This document shows, one piece after another, positions 25,201 to 39,019 of a stretch of DNA of 64,000 bases. The DNA comes from Lama guanicoe (lineage: Eukaryota): assembly GCA_013239625.1 (NCBI GenBank), contig MU054323.1, forward strand, positions 12,221,694 through 12,285,693, given 5' to 3'. How positions within the stretch are numbered: position 1 is the first letter of the stretch; each line of letters starts with the position of its first letter. The position numbers were made by a program, and so were the translations under genes. The notes below the pieces were generated by a model that was not told the origin of the DNA, did not search any database, and worked only from the letters and a program-made list of their open reading frames with translations.

Positions 25201-26439
25201 AAAATGACCTAAATATCCAATGAGAAGGGTTTGATTAATTAAGTTGTTACATTTACACAATGAAATATTATATAACCCTTAAAATCACCTTATTGAAGCA
25301 TATTTATCGACATGAATAGATGGTTAAAATGTAACACTAAGTGGGAAAAAGTATATTATAAAATAATGTACAAATAATACCATTTAGAGACATTGTTTGG
25401 GATAAGAAGATTTGGAAGAATATACATCAAAGTATCAATAGTAGTTTTCTTTGGGTGATTAGGCTTTAGAATAAGTTTTCCTCTCTATCTTGCTTTTATT
25501 ATTCTTTTTCCTGTGATAAGTATATTGCTACTATAATAAAATTTTAACTAAAATTTTTAATTAAATTTTACAATTTTGCTACCATAGTATTATCATATGT
25601 TTAGTGCTAAGACAGAAAGTGCTGGAAGGTCCTTACACAATCCTGCATAAGTAGCCCATAAAGTACTTTGGTCATTTGCCATGAGACAGTACTTCCTTTA
25701 TCAATGATCATACTGATTTAACAAATGAAGAATAGGAGCATTTGACATGACAGGACTACAGCTGTAATAGTCCCACGAAATGTTATAACAGGGAATAAAG
25801 AGAGAGTATATGACATTCTTTATTAAATCTTGTACTGTATAATGAGAATTTTTTTCATGCTTACAACTTTGTGATGTCTCTATAAGGAAAGAGAGAATAT
25901 TTGCCTCTTAATGACTTAAGAAATAAAAAATTATAATTACTTGGCATCACTGTCACCCATCTTGAGAGAAAGAGATTATCCAAAGGAAGAGAAACAGGGA
26001 TCAGGCCTTATCCACAGAGCTTAACCATGGAAGAATTCATCTTAGAGGATGTCTTGAATATCTGCTCAAACGTTGGAATGATTAAAGAAGAGAGGCCTCA
26101 CTAACGGAGAGAGCGATGCACGCTATTATCCCATTATTACTTAATATTGAGTAGACACTAGAGGAGATTTGCTGAAAAGCTCTTTCAGCAGATAACTGTC
26201 TCGGAGACGCCTAACCCTTCACTCACTGAAGGAACTCATCAGGGAGAAAGGAATCTTCTTGACATTTGCCAAAACTTCACCTGAAACATAAACATATGCC
26301 CAGGATTTAACAATTTGTTTAATGTCTTTTTCAACCATTGAGCTCTAAGTTCCATGAGGACAGGATGATTTCTTTCTTGTTCACCAACATTTGGCATACA
26401 TTAGGCAGTCAATAAGTGTTTATCAAATTTCTTAATTGG

Positions 26440-27710
26440 CACTTGGAGAGACAGGGAAATCTTCCTTGAGATACTTGAACCACATTCTGAAGAGTGAATG
26501 AGAGTTAGCCAGGGAAATAAAAGTGGAAAGAGTGTTTCAGGTAGAAGAAATTCTGTGAGAGACACTGATGATCAAAACAACACAATGGCAGTGGTGAGTA
26601 ACTACAACCAGTTTGATATTGGTACTTACAGAACCTGAAGTGGATGGCAGGGAGCTGAAAAGACATGAGGCTGGAAAGATAGGCAGTGGCTAAGACAAAG
26701 AGGGATTGTTATGCTGCCTAAGGTACTTGAACTTATTTTTATAAGTGGCAGGGACTATGGTAGGCTGAACAATGACCCTCTAGAGATGCCCACGTCCTAA
26801 TTCCTAGAACCTGTGAATATGTTACTTTCCATGGCAAAAGGGACTTTGCAGGTATGATTAAGTTAAAGATCTTAAAATGGAGAGATTACCCTGAATTATC
26901 CAGGAGTATCCAATGTAAACACAGAGTACTTATAAGGAGACGGCAGGAAAATCAGTGTAGTAGTAGGAGCTGTGACATCAGAAGATGGAGTGATACAAAG
27001 AAGGGGTCCCAGGCCAAAGAATTCAGACAGCCTCTAGAAGATGAAAAAGACAAGGAAACAGACTTTCCCCTAGAGCCTCCAGAAGCAACACCTTGATTTC
27101 AGCCCAGTGAGGTTGATTTTGGACTTCTGACCATAAGATATCATATCTATAGCAGAACTATAAGATAATAAATTTATGCAGTTTTAAACCGCTAAGTTTG
27201 TGGTAATTTGTTACAGCAGCAATAGGAATTTCAACCAGGGGAGCGACATGATTATACTCACTTTCTAAAAGATCATTTTTAGTTAAATGTGTGAACTATG
27301 TAACATGTATCTAAGACAGAGAGTCTGAACTAGGACAATGACAGTAGAACTAAACAGAAGAGAAATATCTAGGAGAGGAAGGTAGCAAAACTGGCAACTG
27401 GACATAAGGAGTGACAGAAAGGGGTTATCAAAGATGAGTCTCAGTTTCTGGCTGGCATGACCAGGTGGAGTGGAACATCAGCCTCCCAGGTCCAGGAGGA
27501 TATCCAAATATACAACTCCAGCCCACAGTGGGATAATCGGTCTGAAACCAGTGACAAGTTCAGCCTGGAGACTCAGATTCAAGAATCATCAACATACATA
27601 TGGAAATTAAAAACATGAAAGTGGATGAGGTGGCCCACAAAGAGCATTTAGAATGAAAAGAGCAACTGGGCCATGAAGAAAACTCTTAAGAAAAATTAAC
27701 GTTTAAGGAT
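26440..27710 (-). mobile_element. L2 fragment interrupted by MLT1D
   Basis: tgaagagtgaatgagagttagccagg...tatcaaagatgagtctcagtttctggc, antisense L2. Confidence 0.65.
26756..27233 (+). mobile_element. MLT1D-like LTR
   Basis: aacctgtgaatatgttac...ggcaaaagggactttgcag...ccctagagcctccagaa...tttgttacagcagcaatagga. Confidence 0.85.
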
Positions 27711-28039
27711 TGTGCCCCAGAAGTAGGCCTACCTCTTGGTCTATCTGCAGATCTTGAAACAGCCCTGTGATCGGACTCTAGTCCTCCATAGCCACAATTC
27801 TGGGGCAATTTTGCCAACCCAGGAACCCAGTGGGAAGCCCACCCACCTGTGCCAACAGAGGTAAGCCTGCAGGGCTCAGTCACAGCTGTGACCCTTGAGC
27901 AGACCTGTGACTCAGTCCCAACTCCTTCTAGCTGTGGGTCCTGGGCCAATCCTGCTCACCCAGGGACCTGCCCAGTGACATGTCAGGAGCCCTCCCAAGG
28001 GCCCAAAGGGAGTTACACACTAGATTTATAGTCATAATT

Positions 28040-29280
28040 AGAAGGGTAGTCTCTACTCCAAAGTTATAAAGGAATTTTGTTATGTTTTATTGCATTTATT
28101 TGACTTCATTTTTTTGTCTAAATCTTTGATTTGCTTTGAATTTATCCTACTGTAGTATGAAGTACAGATCAAAGTTTATCTTTTTCTAGGTAACCCTAGT
28201 TGTCCCATCACTACTTGAACAGTCCATCTTTTCCCCTACTGATTGGAGATATCTTATCACCTACTAAATTCCTATATGTATATGGGTTTGTTTTTGGACA
28301 CTCTATTCTATTCCATTTGTCCTCTTGCCTCTTTCAAACACCAATATCATACTTTTTAAATTGTTGATGGTTTAATATCTGGTGGGTTTAGCCCTTCCCC
28401 ACAGATCCTTTCTGTTAGAATTTTTTGGTTGTTCTTATTTGTTTCATTTGATATATGAACTTCAGAATACACTTTCCATTTCAGGGGAAAAAGTATTGGT
28501 ACTTCTATTGGGAGCAATTGAAATGTATAATTTAACCTGGGGAGAATTACCAGCTTTATGAAGAATGTTTGTATTTATTTAATTCTTCTCCTGTCTTTCT
28601 AAAGAGTTCTAAAGTTTTCTCCAATATGCATCTTGCTGAATTCTTAGCTGTTTTATCTTTCTGATTGCTATTTTAAATGAACTCTTATCTTCTAACTGGT
28701 TGATATATATTGATATAGATATATCACTACTGATGCCTCTATATTAATTTTGTGTGCTATTTTATTGAATTCTCCTACTGTTTGACATAGCTTTTTAATT
28801 TATTTACAATTTCAAAGTATAGAGTCGTATCATCTCTACATGTAATACTTATGTGTCTATCAATAAAATTTCCACTATTCCTATTTTATTTCTCTTGTTC
28901 ATGAAAAATCATTGTTGATTTTCTAATATGGACCTTTCCTTGTATTCCTGAACTAGATCCCACTTGGTCGTAATGTATTTTTTCATTTGAGGTGCTCCTG
29001 GATTCTGTTTCCTAATATTTTATTTATTCATTTTCACTGATAGTCATAAGTAAGGACAGTATCTATTTTTCTGTTTTAGTGCATGCATCTTTGTCAAGTT
29101 GTGCTTATTACATTCTCTTCTTGCTTGCTCTGGAGCAGTTTAAACAGCATTGGAAGTATACGTTCTTCTTTGTCAAATCTTTTGAAACTGATTTTCTTTT
29201 TGTGAGAAAAATATAATCAGTTTTGTGACTATTTTATAGGCACTTGAAAAAAGAGTATATTCTTTATGCTTAAGGTTTAG
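28040..29280 (-). mobile_element. Very old L1 (L1ME-like) ORF2 fragments
   Basis: T-rich degraded antisense ORF2 motifs (ttgtcccatcactacttgaa, ctctattctattccatt). Confidence 0.55.
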
Positions 29281-29423
29281 AGTTAGCTCCAGCTGCTGGA
29301 CACCACCATTCTACCTTCTGTCACTGTGAATGTAACTACTCCAGGTACCTGAATCATACACTACTCATCCTTTTGTGACTGGCTTACTTTAAACTCTCTT
29401 TTTTTTTTTAATGTATTATTTTT

Positions 29424-31729
29424 CACTAAAGTGGGTATAAAAGGAACATATCTCAACATAATAAAAGCTATAAACAGACCTACAGCTAGTGTAGTACTCA
29501 ACGGTGAAAAACTCAAAAGCGTCCCACCAAAATCTGGGACAAGGCAAGGCTGCCCACTATCACCACTCCTATCCAACATAGTCTTGGAAGTCCTAGCCAC
29601 AGCAATCAGGCAAGAGAGAGAAATAAAAGGGATCCACATTGGAAAAGAAGAAGTAAAAGTGTCACTATATGCAGATGACATGATACTATATATAGAAAAC
29701 CCTAAAAGGTCCACACAAAAACTGCTAGAAATAATCGAAGAATTCAGCAAGGTAGCAGGTTACAAGATTAACGTTCAAAAATCAGTTGCATTTCTTTACA
29801 CTAACGATGAATCAACAGAAAAAGAAAGCAAAGAAATAATCCCCTTTAAAATAGCACCCAAAGTAATAAAATACCTAGGAATAAATCTAACCAAGGAGGT
29901 GAAAGACTTATACATGGACAACTATAAAACACTGATTAAGGAAATTAAAGAAGACTTTAAAAAGTGGAAAGATATCCCATGCTCCTGGATTGGAAGAATC
30001 AATATTGTTAAAATAGTCATACTGCCCAAGGCAATCTACAGATTTAATGCAATCCCTATCAAATTACCCAGGACATATTTCACAGAACTAGAACAAATCC
30101 TAGTAAAATTTATATGGAACCACAAAAGACCTAGAACTGCCAAAACATTACTGAAGAAAAAGAAAAAGGCTGGAGGAGTAACTCTCCCAGACTTCAGACA
30201 ATACTATAGAGCCACAGTCATCAAGACAGCATGGCATTGGTACAAAAACAGACATATGGACCAATGGAACAGAATAGAGAGCCCAGAAATGAACCCACAA
30301 AGTTTTGGTCAACTCATCTTTGACAAAGGAGGCAAGAATATACAATGGAATAAAGACAGTCTCTTCAGCAAATGGTGTTGGGAAAACTGGACAGCAGCAT
30401 GTAAATCAGTGAAGCTAGAACACTCCCTTACGCCATACACAAAAATACACTCAAAATGGATCAAAGACTTAAACATAAGACAGGATACAATAAACCTCCT
30501 AGAAGAAAATATAGACCAAACATTACCTCACATACATCTCAAAAATGTTCTCCTAGGGCAGTCTACCCAAGCAATAGAAATAAAAGCAATAAACAAATGG
30601 GACCTAATTAAATTTACAAGCTTCTGCACAGCAAAGGAAACCATAAGTAAAACAAAATGACAACCTATGGAATGGGAGAAAATTTTTGCAAATGAAACTG
30701 ACAAAGGCTTGATCTCCAGAATACATAAGCTCATACAACGTAATAAGAAAAAAACAAACAACCCAATCCAAAAATGGGCAGAAGACCTAAACAAGCAATT
30801 CTCCAAGGAAGACATACAAATGATCAATAGGCACATGAAAAAATGCTCAATATCACTAATTATCAGAGAAATGCAAATCAAAACTACAATGAGGTATCAC
30901 AATCAAAACTACAAGGAGGTATCACCTCACACCAGTCAGAATGGCCATCATTCAAAAGTCCACAAATGACAAATATTGGAGAGGCTGTGGAGAAAAGGGA
31001 ACCCTCCTACACTGCTGATGGGAATGCAGTTTGATACAGCCAATGTGGAAAACAGTATGGAGATTCCTCAAACGATTAGGAATAGACTTACCATATGACC
31101 CAGGAATCCCACTCCTGGGCATATATCCAGAAGGAACCCTACTTCAAAAAGACACATGTACCCAATTGTTCATAGCAGCACTATTTACAATAGCCAAGAC
31201 ATGGAAACAGCCTAAATGTCCATCAACAGATGACTGGATAAAGAAGATGTGGTATATTTATACAATGGAATACTATTCAGCCACAAAAACCGACAACATA
31301 ATGCCATTTGCAGCAACATGGATGTTCCTGGAAAATGTCATTCTAAGTGAAGTAAGCCAGAAAAAGAAAGAAAAATACCATATGAGATCGCTCATATGAG
31401 GAAGCTAAGATGAGGAAACTAAAAAAAAAAAGAACATAAATACAAAATGGAAACAGACTTATAGATATAGAATACAAACTTGTGGTTGCCAAGTGGGTAG
31501 GGGGTGGGAAGGGACAGACTGGGATTTCAAAATGTAGAAGAGATAAACAAGATTATACATGAAAATATATACAAGATCTTGTGGTATCTCACAGCGAAAA
31601 AAAAATGTGACAATGAGTATATGTATGTTCATATATAACTGACAAATTGTGCTTTACACTGGAATTTGACACAACATTGTAAAATGACTATAACTGAAAA
31701 AAAAAAGTTAAAAAATAAAATAAAATAAA
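29424..31729 (+). mobile_element. Young 5'-truncated L1
   Basis: 14-bp TSD aatgtattattttt at 29410-29423 and 31730-31743; A-rich tail; same 3'UTR family as the 17907 element. Confidence 0.93.
29431..31399 (+). pseudogene. L1 ORF2 RT/C-terminal fragment (open for 409 aa to a premature TGA at 30660, then frameshifted)
   Basis: [14 protein letters not shown] and [10 protein letters not shown] motifs; downstream DLPYDP...FIAALFTIAKTW. Confidence 0.92.
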
Positions 31730-31744
31730 AATGTATTATTTTTA

Positions 31745-34620
31745 ATCTTTTAATCAGTTTATTGAGATATAATTTATATACCATAATGTTCATTTGTTAA
31801 AAATGTGCAGTTCACTGATTTTTAGCATAATTACAGACTTGTGCATCCATCACTTTAACCTATTTTTTTTTTAACATTTTCATTACACCCAAAAAGAAAC
31901 CTATACCACTGGCAGTCACAACCCAACCCCTGACCCTTCACTCCACACCTTTCCTGTCAGCCTTAGGCGACTACTAATTTTTTTTTTCTGTCTCTACAGA
32001 TTTGTCTCCTCTGAACATTTCATATAAATTGTGTCACACAATATGTGGTCTTTTGTGACTAGCTTCTTTCACTTAGCATAATGATTTGAGGTTCATCCAA
32101 ATGTAGCATACTTCATTCCTTTATATTGCCAATTAATATTCCAATGTATAGATATGTGACATTTTGTTTATTCACTCACCTGTTTATTGACATTTAAGTT
32201 CATTCCACTTTGGGGACAGTATGAAAAAAGCTCCTGTGAGCATTCATGTACAAGTTTTTGTGGGGATGTATGTTTTCACTCTCTTGGGTAGATAGATATT
32301 TAGAAGAGAAATTGGTGGGTCATATGGTACCCTCCAGGTTTAACATTTTTAGAAACTCAAACTGCTTTACCAAAATGGCAGTATCATTTTATACTCCCAT
32401 CAGCAATGAATGAAGGTTCCAATTTTTCCACATCCTTGCTTGTCATCTGTCTTTTTGATTATAGACATCCTCATGGGTATGAAGTGGTATCTCTCTGTGG
32501 TTTTGATTTGCATTTCCTTAATAGGTAAAGATGTTGAGCATCTTTTCATGTGCTTATTGGTCATTTGTGTATCTTCTTTGGAGAAATGAGTACTCAAATC
32601 ATTTGTTCATTTTGACTGGGTTTGTAGAAGTTTTCGTATATTCTAGATACCAGTCCCTTATCAGATACTTGATATGAAAATATTTTCTCCCCCTCTGTGA
32701 GTTGCATTTTCATATTCTTGACTGTGTTCTTTGAAGCACAAAAGTTCTTAATTTTAATGAAGTCTAATTTATCAATCTTCTGTTTTATTACTTGTGCTTT
32801 TTGTAACCTATCTAAGAAATCATTCTTAACCCAAGATCATGAAGATTTACTCCTGTATTTTATTTTAAGAGTTTTATAGTTTTAGCTCTTATAGTTCAAT
32901 CTGTGGCTCTCTTTGAGTTAACTCATGTGGATGGTGCAAGGTGGGAGTCTAAATTCATACTTTTGCATGTGGCTATCTAGCTTCCCCAACACCACTTGTT
33001 GAAAGGTCATTATTTTCCCCAATGAATTGTCTTGGTGTATTTTTCAAAAGTCAATTGACCATAAAAGTTAGAATTTACTTCTGGACTCAATCCTATTCCA
33101 TTAATTTTTACATTTATTTTATGAAAGTGAATACTATCTTGATTACTACAGCACTGTGGTAAGTTTTGAAATTACAAGTATGAGTCCTACAATTGTTGTT
33201 CTTCTCAAGATTATTTTGGCTATTACAGGTTCCCTTGCATGTTCACATGAATTTTAGAATCAGCTTGTCGATTTCTAGGATTTTGATAAACATTGTGTTG
33301 AATCTATAGAACAACCTAGGGAGTACTGCCATTTTTAACATACTAAGTTTTCCAATCCAGGAACATGAGATGTCTTTTCATTTATTTAGATCCTCTTTCA
33401 TTCATTTCAGTAATGTTTCAGCATACTCATTTTAACACTTCTTTTGCCAAAATTATTCTTGTTTTATACATTTTTATGCTATTATAAAAGGAACTGTTTT
33501 TGAATTTCACCTTCAGATTATTTATTGTTAATGTACTGAAATGCAATTGAGTTTTCATACTGATCTTGTACCCTCAACCTTGGTGAAATTGTTTATTAGC
33601 TTCAATAGGTCTTTAGTGAGTTCCTTGAGGTTTTTTATATAATATCATAACATTTGCAAATAGATATAATTTTACTTCTTCCTTTCCAGTCTGGGTCTTT
33701 TCTTTTTCTTGCCTAAATCCCTTTTATAGATTGAATATTTGTGCTCCACCCCGATATTTGTATATTGAAATTATAACCTCCAAGTTGATGGTATTAGGAG
33801 TTGGGCCATTTGGGAGATAATTAAGTCATGAAGGCAGAGTTCTCACAAATTGGATTAGTGCCCTTATGAAAGAGGCCTGAGAGAGGTCCCTTGCCCCTGC
33901 TGCTATGTGAGGACACAGCAAAAAGACTGCTGTCTATAAGAAGTGGGCTCTCACCAGGCATGGAACTGCCAGTGCCTTGATCATGGACTTAGCCTTCAGA
34001 ACTATGAGAAATTAATTTCTGTTATTTATAAGCCACCTAGTCTATGATATCCTGTAATAGCAGCCTGAATGGACTAAGACATTGTCCTTAGCTCAAATCT
34101 CTAGTACAGTGTTGAATAGAAGTGGCGAGAGTGACATCTTTGTCTTGTCCCTGATCTCAGAGGGAAAGCCTTCACTCCTTCACCATTAAGTATGACATCA
34201 GCCATAGGTTTCCATAGATGTTTCTTATCAAGTTGAGGGTCTCCTCTTCTGTTCATAGTTTTAAGTATTTTTATCCTGAGAAGAACTGGACTTTATCCAA
34301 TACTTTTCCTGCATTGATCAAGGGATTTCATCCCTTTTCAAAAAAAATTAATGTGGTATATCATATTAATTGACTTTCAAATGTTAAACCACTTTTGCAT
34401 TCATGGGATAAGTCCCATTTAAGATGTGTAATTCTTTTTATATGTTGATAGATTAAGTTCACTAGTATTTTGTTGAGAATGATTTTTGCATCTACACTCA
34501 CAAGGGACTGGCCTTTAGTTTTCTTTTCTTGCAATGTCTTTGGTTTTGGTATCAGGTTAAAATTACTTTTAGAGGATGGGTTGGGAAGTGTTCCCTCCTC
34601 TTCTGCTTTCTGGAAGGTTG
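31745..34620 (-). mobile_element. Old L1 (L1MB-like) 3' end and ORF2
   Basis: cagttttattgagatataattta 3' end; minus [25 protein letters not shown]. Confidence 0.85.
33725..34081 (+). mobile_element. MLT1A-like LTR nested in L1
   Basis: gatggtattaggag...ggattagtgcccttat...cagcctgaatggactaagaca. Confidence 0.85.
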
Positions 34621-34719
34621 TGAATTGAATTGTTCGATATTAAAATTAGAACTCTCATGTTGTTTATGTTTGAATTGTCTGGTCTACTTTTGCCCATTCT
34701 TTCATTTATAACCATTTTT

Positions 34720-34774
34720 TAAAATTCTCATTTTTTATTGAAGTGTAGTCAATTTACAATGTTAGTTTCAGGTT
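34720..34774 (-). mobile_element. ~55-bp L1 3'-tail insertion
   Basis: ttttattgaagtgtagtcaatttacaatgttagtttcagg; TSD attt(a/c)taaccattttt at 34704-34719 and 34775-34790. Confidence 0.7.
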
Positions 34775-35304
34775 ATTTCTAACCATTTTTAAGTAATTTA
34801 CTTTAAAAATGTGTCTTGTAAGAATATAATTAGGTTTTGTTTTGTGATCCAAATAATCATTTTTTGTTAATGGTTAAGTAAAAGTTTAGAGCCAGTTTGG
34901 ACAAATTGCTTATCAATTCAATTCTGAGCATTCACATTTGGCATAGATCTTCCAAGTAACTTTGGATGTCACACTAAACACTGACTTGGGGAGAGAGAAC
35001 AAAGGTGGACTCTTAACTATTCATAAATGTCTTTCTGCCATGAACCTGATTAAGCCACACTAATATGGAAGTGAACCCAGTGAAAACCAGGGCTGAGGAA
35101 ACTTAAAGAGTTGAAGTCTTTTGTTGATCTGGATAGGAACAAAATAGGGAAAGTGAAGAAGAGGACATTTATACTTGTGGTGATCCTCCTAGCTGTCAGA
35201 TGCTTCACCTCATTGATTCATTTGGTTTCCTAACAATCTTCCCAAGTAGTAATTTCCATTCCTATTTTACGCCAGTGAAAAATAAGGTTCAATTAATTTT
35301 CTGC

Positions 35305-35463
35305 CGCTCAAAGCTTGGTCATGAGACCACCAGCATCAGCATCACCTGTGAGCTTGTTAGAACTGCAGAACCTCAGGCTTCACCATAGATCAACTGATGC
35401 AGAATCTGCATTTCAAAAAGACCCCCAAGTCATTGGTATGCACATTAAACTTTACGAATTGCT
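35305..35463. mobile_element. MER5A (hAT-Charlie)
   Basis: cagcatcagcatcacctgtgagcttgttagaactgcagaa...agaatctgcattt...tatgcacattaaac. Confidence 0.8.
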
Positions 35464-36759
35464 AATAATTTTCCGAGGGCCAAAATAGCAGAATCCAGCC
35501 CTAAAGCCTGTGGTCCCTGGTCTGCAGCTGCAACAGAGTCAGGTCACTTGATAGTCACAGATTAAACTCCTAGCTCTAGCTGGGTGGAAGAGATCACATC
35601 AGGCATCAATTTTCTCATCTGTTGAAGTGTTAATTGCCATCATAAAACTGATTCTGTCTCTTAGAATAAATAAGGTGCTTTGAATGCCTAGAACAACAAA
35701 TAAATTCTAAGGCAATAAAAGTTTGTCATATTGAACACCGTCTGAAATTTTAAAGTGACCGTAAGGCCCAAACCCTTTATTATATAAGATTTATATTTGT
35801 TTCTGTGAGACCTAAACTTATTTCTGAGTGATGCTAATAGCTTTGTACACACTGCATGTCCATCTATGCTGCTAAGTCCATTCAGACTGGAAAGAGAATC
35901 CTACTGCACCAATCACTCAGTTTAAAATGCAGAAAACATATTAAAGTCTTTCATGGAATATCATAGTAATTATTCTAGACCTGGGCCTAGGCCTTTAGGT
36001 GAATAAAAGTTAAAATAGATTCAACTCAAATTCTGAATTAAAGTTCGATTCTTATAAAATCCACAATTGTCCTTCTTCTTACCCTGTTTCTCAGACTATT
36101 GCTCACTGATAATTATTTTTCAGTTGTACAGAAAATATTGTTTATCCTTGTTTTGCTAGGAAAAAAACAGTCAATGCACTCTCGATCTAGCCCTGGTGCT
36201 CAGAGACAGGCCAGCTTGTTCCGCTCTGTGGGCTTTTAAAGAGTAAAACCATAAAACAATTCAGTATCATAACTGCTCCCAAGGAGAACTCCTGACTTGA
36301 GAAGACCAGATCATCTGCTCAGAGAACATTGCACACTGTACTCTACTCGCTTCCTTTGGAATTTTAGAACTGAGGACCACTTCAGAATAAGGTTCACAAA
36401 TAATTAATGCACCTCCATTCGCTCAGCTGCAAAAATTAGCCTCAATTTTTGGTTATTTAATTCTCTCGGTAAAACAAAGCTGTTTTGAAAGCAATGGTTT
36501 TATGAGGACACACGATATTCACTGATACCGTGGGGTCCTTTGCATCTTTTCCCAGCTGGCAAACTCTCTACAATGACATCCTAGAGGTGAGACAATTAGA
36601 GAGAGAGATCACATCTCGGTATTTACATGGCAAATAAATCCTATAGATTAGTACTTGTCTCAGGCCAGGATGCTTTTTCGGGTTTTGGAGGTGAGGTGAC
36701 GTAGGTGGAGAAGCAGGTAAATATGACTGAGAGATGAAATGTTTAACAGTTCTTACATA

Positions 36760-36950
36760 AAACATATCTGGGCTCTAATACTACTGTTGCTAACTATGGG
36801 GCTTTGTGCAAGTCCTAATACATGCTGAAGCCTCAGTTTTCTCATCTGTAAATTAGGACTAATATCTATCTTGCAGGGTTGTTGTGAGAATTCAATGAGT
36901 TAATGGATATAAAGCATGTAGCACATAATAGATGGTGATTATTATTGTAA
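36760..36950 (+). mobile_element. MIR SINE
   Basis: gcctcagttttctcatctgtaaa...cagggttgttgtgagaattcaatgag. Confidence 0.8.
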
Positions 36951-37139
36951 GCAAATTTAAATCCCTCCTGAATAAGAAAACATGAAGCTTAAAGACAAAA
37001 CAAAAACTGAGAGCCAGCACATAAACGCCTCCTCTCTGGAATAAGACTTCTCTCCATTCCGCCGCTAGAGTGCAGGACATCTGGAAGGGTAACAGACAAG
37101 CCTGACTGCGGTGTAGAGGAGGCGTGTCTGAACCAAGCC

Positions 37140-37158
37140 TGGTGCCCTCTGCAGGGCA
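37140..37158 (-). promoter_or_regulatory. Candidate CTCF binding motif
   Basis: Minus strand TGCCCTGCAGAGGGCACCA fits the CTCF core CC(A/T)(C/G)CAG(A/G)GGGC(A/G)C; non-repeat, locally CpG-retaining context. Confidence 0.5.
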
Positions 37159-39019
37159 GTTCAGGAGAATCTGAACCAGTTCTGAGCTCCCCACAAAGCT
37201 TGCCACTTTACGTCCTATCTCTCAGTCATGATGACTCAAAACTAGGGTCTTACTTAGCCAGAGCACTGAGGCCACAGCCTGGTGGAACATGGCCAAGGAC
37301 ATAGGACAGCAGGGAGAAAGCCAGGCAGGTCACTTTCCTGGCTTCCCCTACCCAAACCTGTCCACCAGAAGAAGAGAAACCTTCTCATTCTCACACCAGA
37401 AGAGGGTACAGGGGCAGAAGTGGCAAAGAAAGTGAGACTGTCTGCACCCTAAACTGTCAGCCCTGTTTACTCTCTGAGGAAAAAACAGAGGGGAGGGACT
37501 AAATGGTCATTTATGGAAAATCTGTCCATGCACTGTCCCAGAGATCCCCTCCCTCACTCCTCACCACATCTCTGTAGGTAAGGCAGGTATTATGGTCCCT
37601 CTTACAGAAGAACAGAGGCTCAGAGAGACTGCCAATCCGCCCAAAGCCACACAGCTAATCAGTCACACCAGAGATTGGAGCACAGGGCTGTCTGACATTC
37701 TACAAACCAGTCATCATAGAATGCTGTATTTGGTTTATAAAGCGTTTTTATTTTTGTGAGTTTGCAGTTTTGTTTGGTCAGTTGATTTCTTTTTCTTTGG
37801 TTCTGGTTCCTCCCTGAACACTGTAAACTTAAGCCACAGGTATAAAATCCAACCCACTTCTCTCTAAAGACTTTGGATAAGATACTTCAATTGACCTTAA
37901 TATTAAATCTTCCCTGGAAAGTTTTAAAATTTCAATAACCATTTCTTTATTGCTGTAGGAAATGTAAAGAATACAACAAAGTAGAATTCTAACCCTACTG
38001 AGTGCTTTCTACAAGTGCATGTTATTTCTCTGAAGTAATTGACTAATTTCTCTTTGGCACACTTGTACAATATGAATCCAAGAACTGAGCAGCTTTTAGA
38101 AATTATCACCAGGACTTTGCAGGAAGCAGCAGCAGGAAAGGCTAAAAAGCATCTCAAAGAATTGCTATATATGTTTCTATATACCTTTTTCCTACACTTG
38201 TTCCACAAAATTAAAAATGTTGTTCACCCTGTGCCAAACATCAGGGGATAAATTACTATGCCTCTCTGAAGACTCTCAGCATTGCATGTGGTCTGAATTA
38301 TAAAAACAGAAGATGCAGGTTAAAATCAAATATTGTTTGCTCTGTTGAGCCAGCTGAAGTTTTACATGTGAAATGACTCCTGTCTGCTAAGGATACCGGT
38401 CTTACTAAGGTTTAGTTTTGTGCTTTTATTGTTTTTTAACAACATATTACTCCACCAGAAACAACAGAACATTAACTAGCATAGTCCCTGTGGTTGGTTG
38501 GTTTGTTCTTTATCCCAGTGGAGATGTTCTTGAGCACTGGAAAGACTGATCAACATTCACAGAAATAGAAAATGCTAAGCAAAAAAGTGTAGTCCACCCA
38601 TTCCCTTCAGCCATTCCCTTCTATTAATTCTTTTCCTATGTGCCCACCATTCTTATGATCATACTGGTTTCTCTTATTTTTCAGTATCCTCTTCAAACAT
38701 CCCCCAAGTGTTTCTCAAGTTTATTTCCTCAGTAAGCTTTCTTTGTTTCCATTCCTTGATGCAACGAGCCTTTCTCATATCTTCAACTATAAACTCTGTA
38801 AAAGAGTATTTACAACATCAGATCTTAATGGTGGACAGATGAAGGGGGTAAGGAAAAAAGTAAAGGGAAGGAGGAAGAGAGAGGAAGGGACAATTCACTC
38901 AAAATCTGTCTCCCCAGCTTCCCACCCACATTCTAGATCCCTTTTTCCAACCCCAAAGTGGGCATGCCCACCTGAAAAACCCACTTATACCTCAAACACT
39001 CATATGGATGTTGGAACCA

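Noticed and set aside
29431..30660. 409-aa reverse transcriptase ORF as a functional or novel RT gene
   Set aside because: Ordinary 5'-truncated L1 ORF2 with no endonuclease, a premature stop and downstream frameshifts
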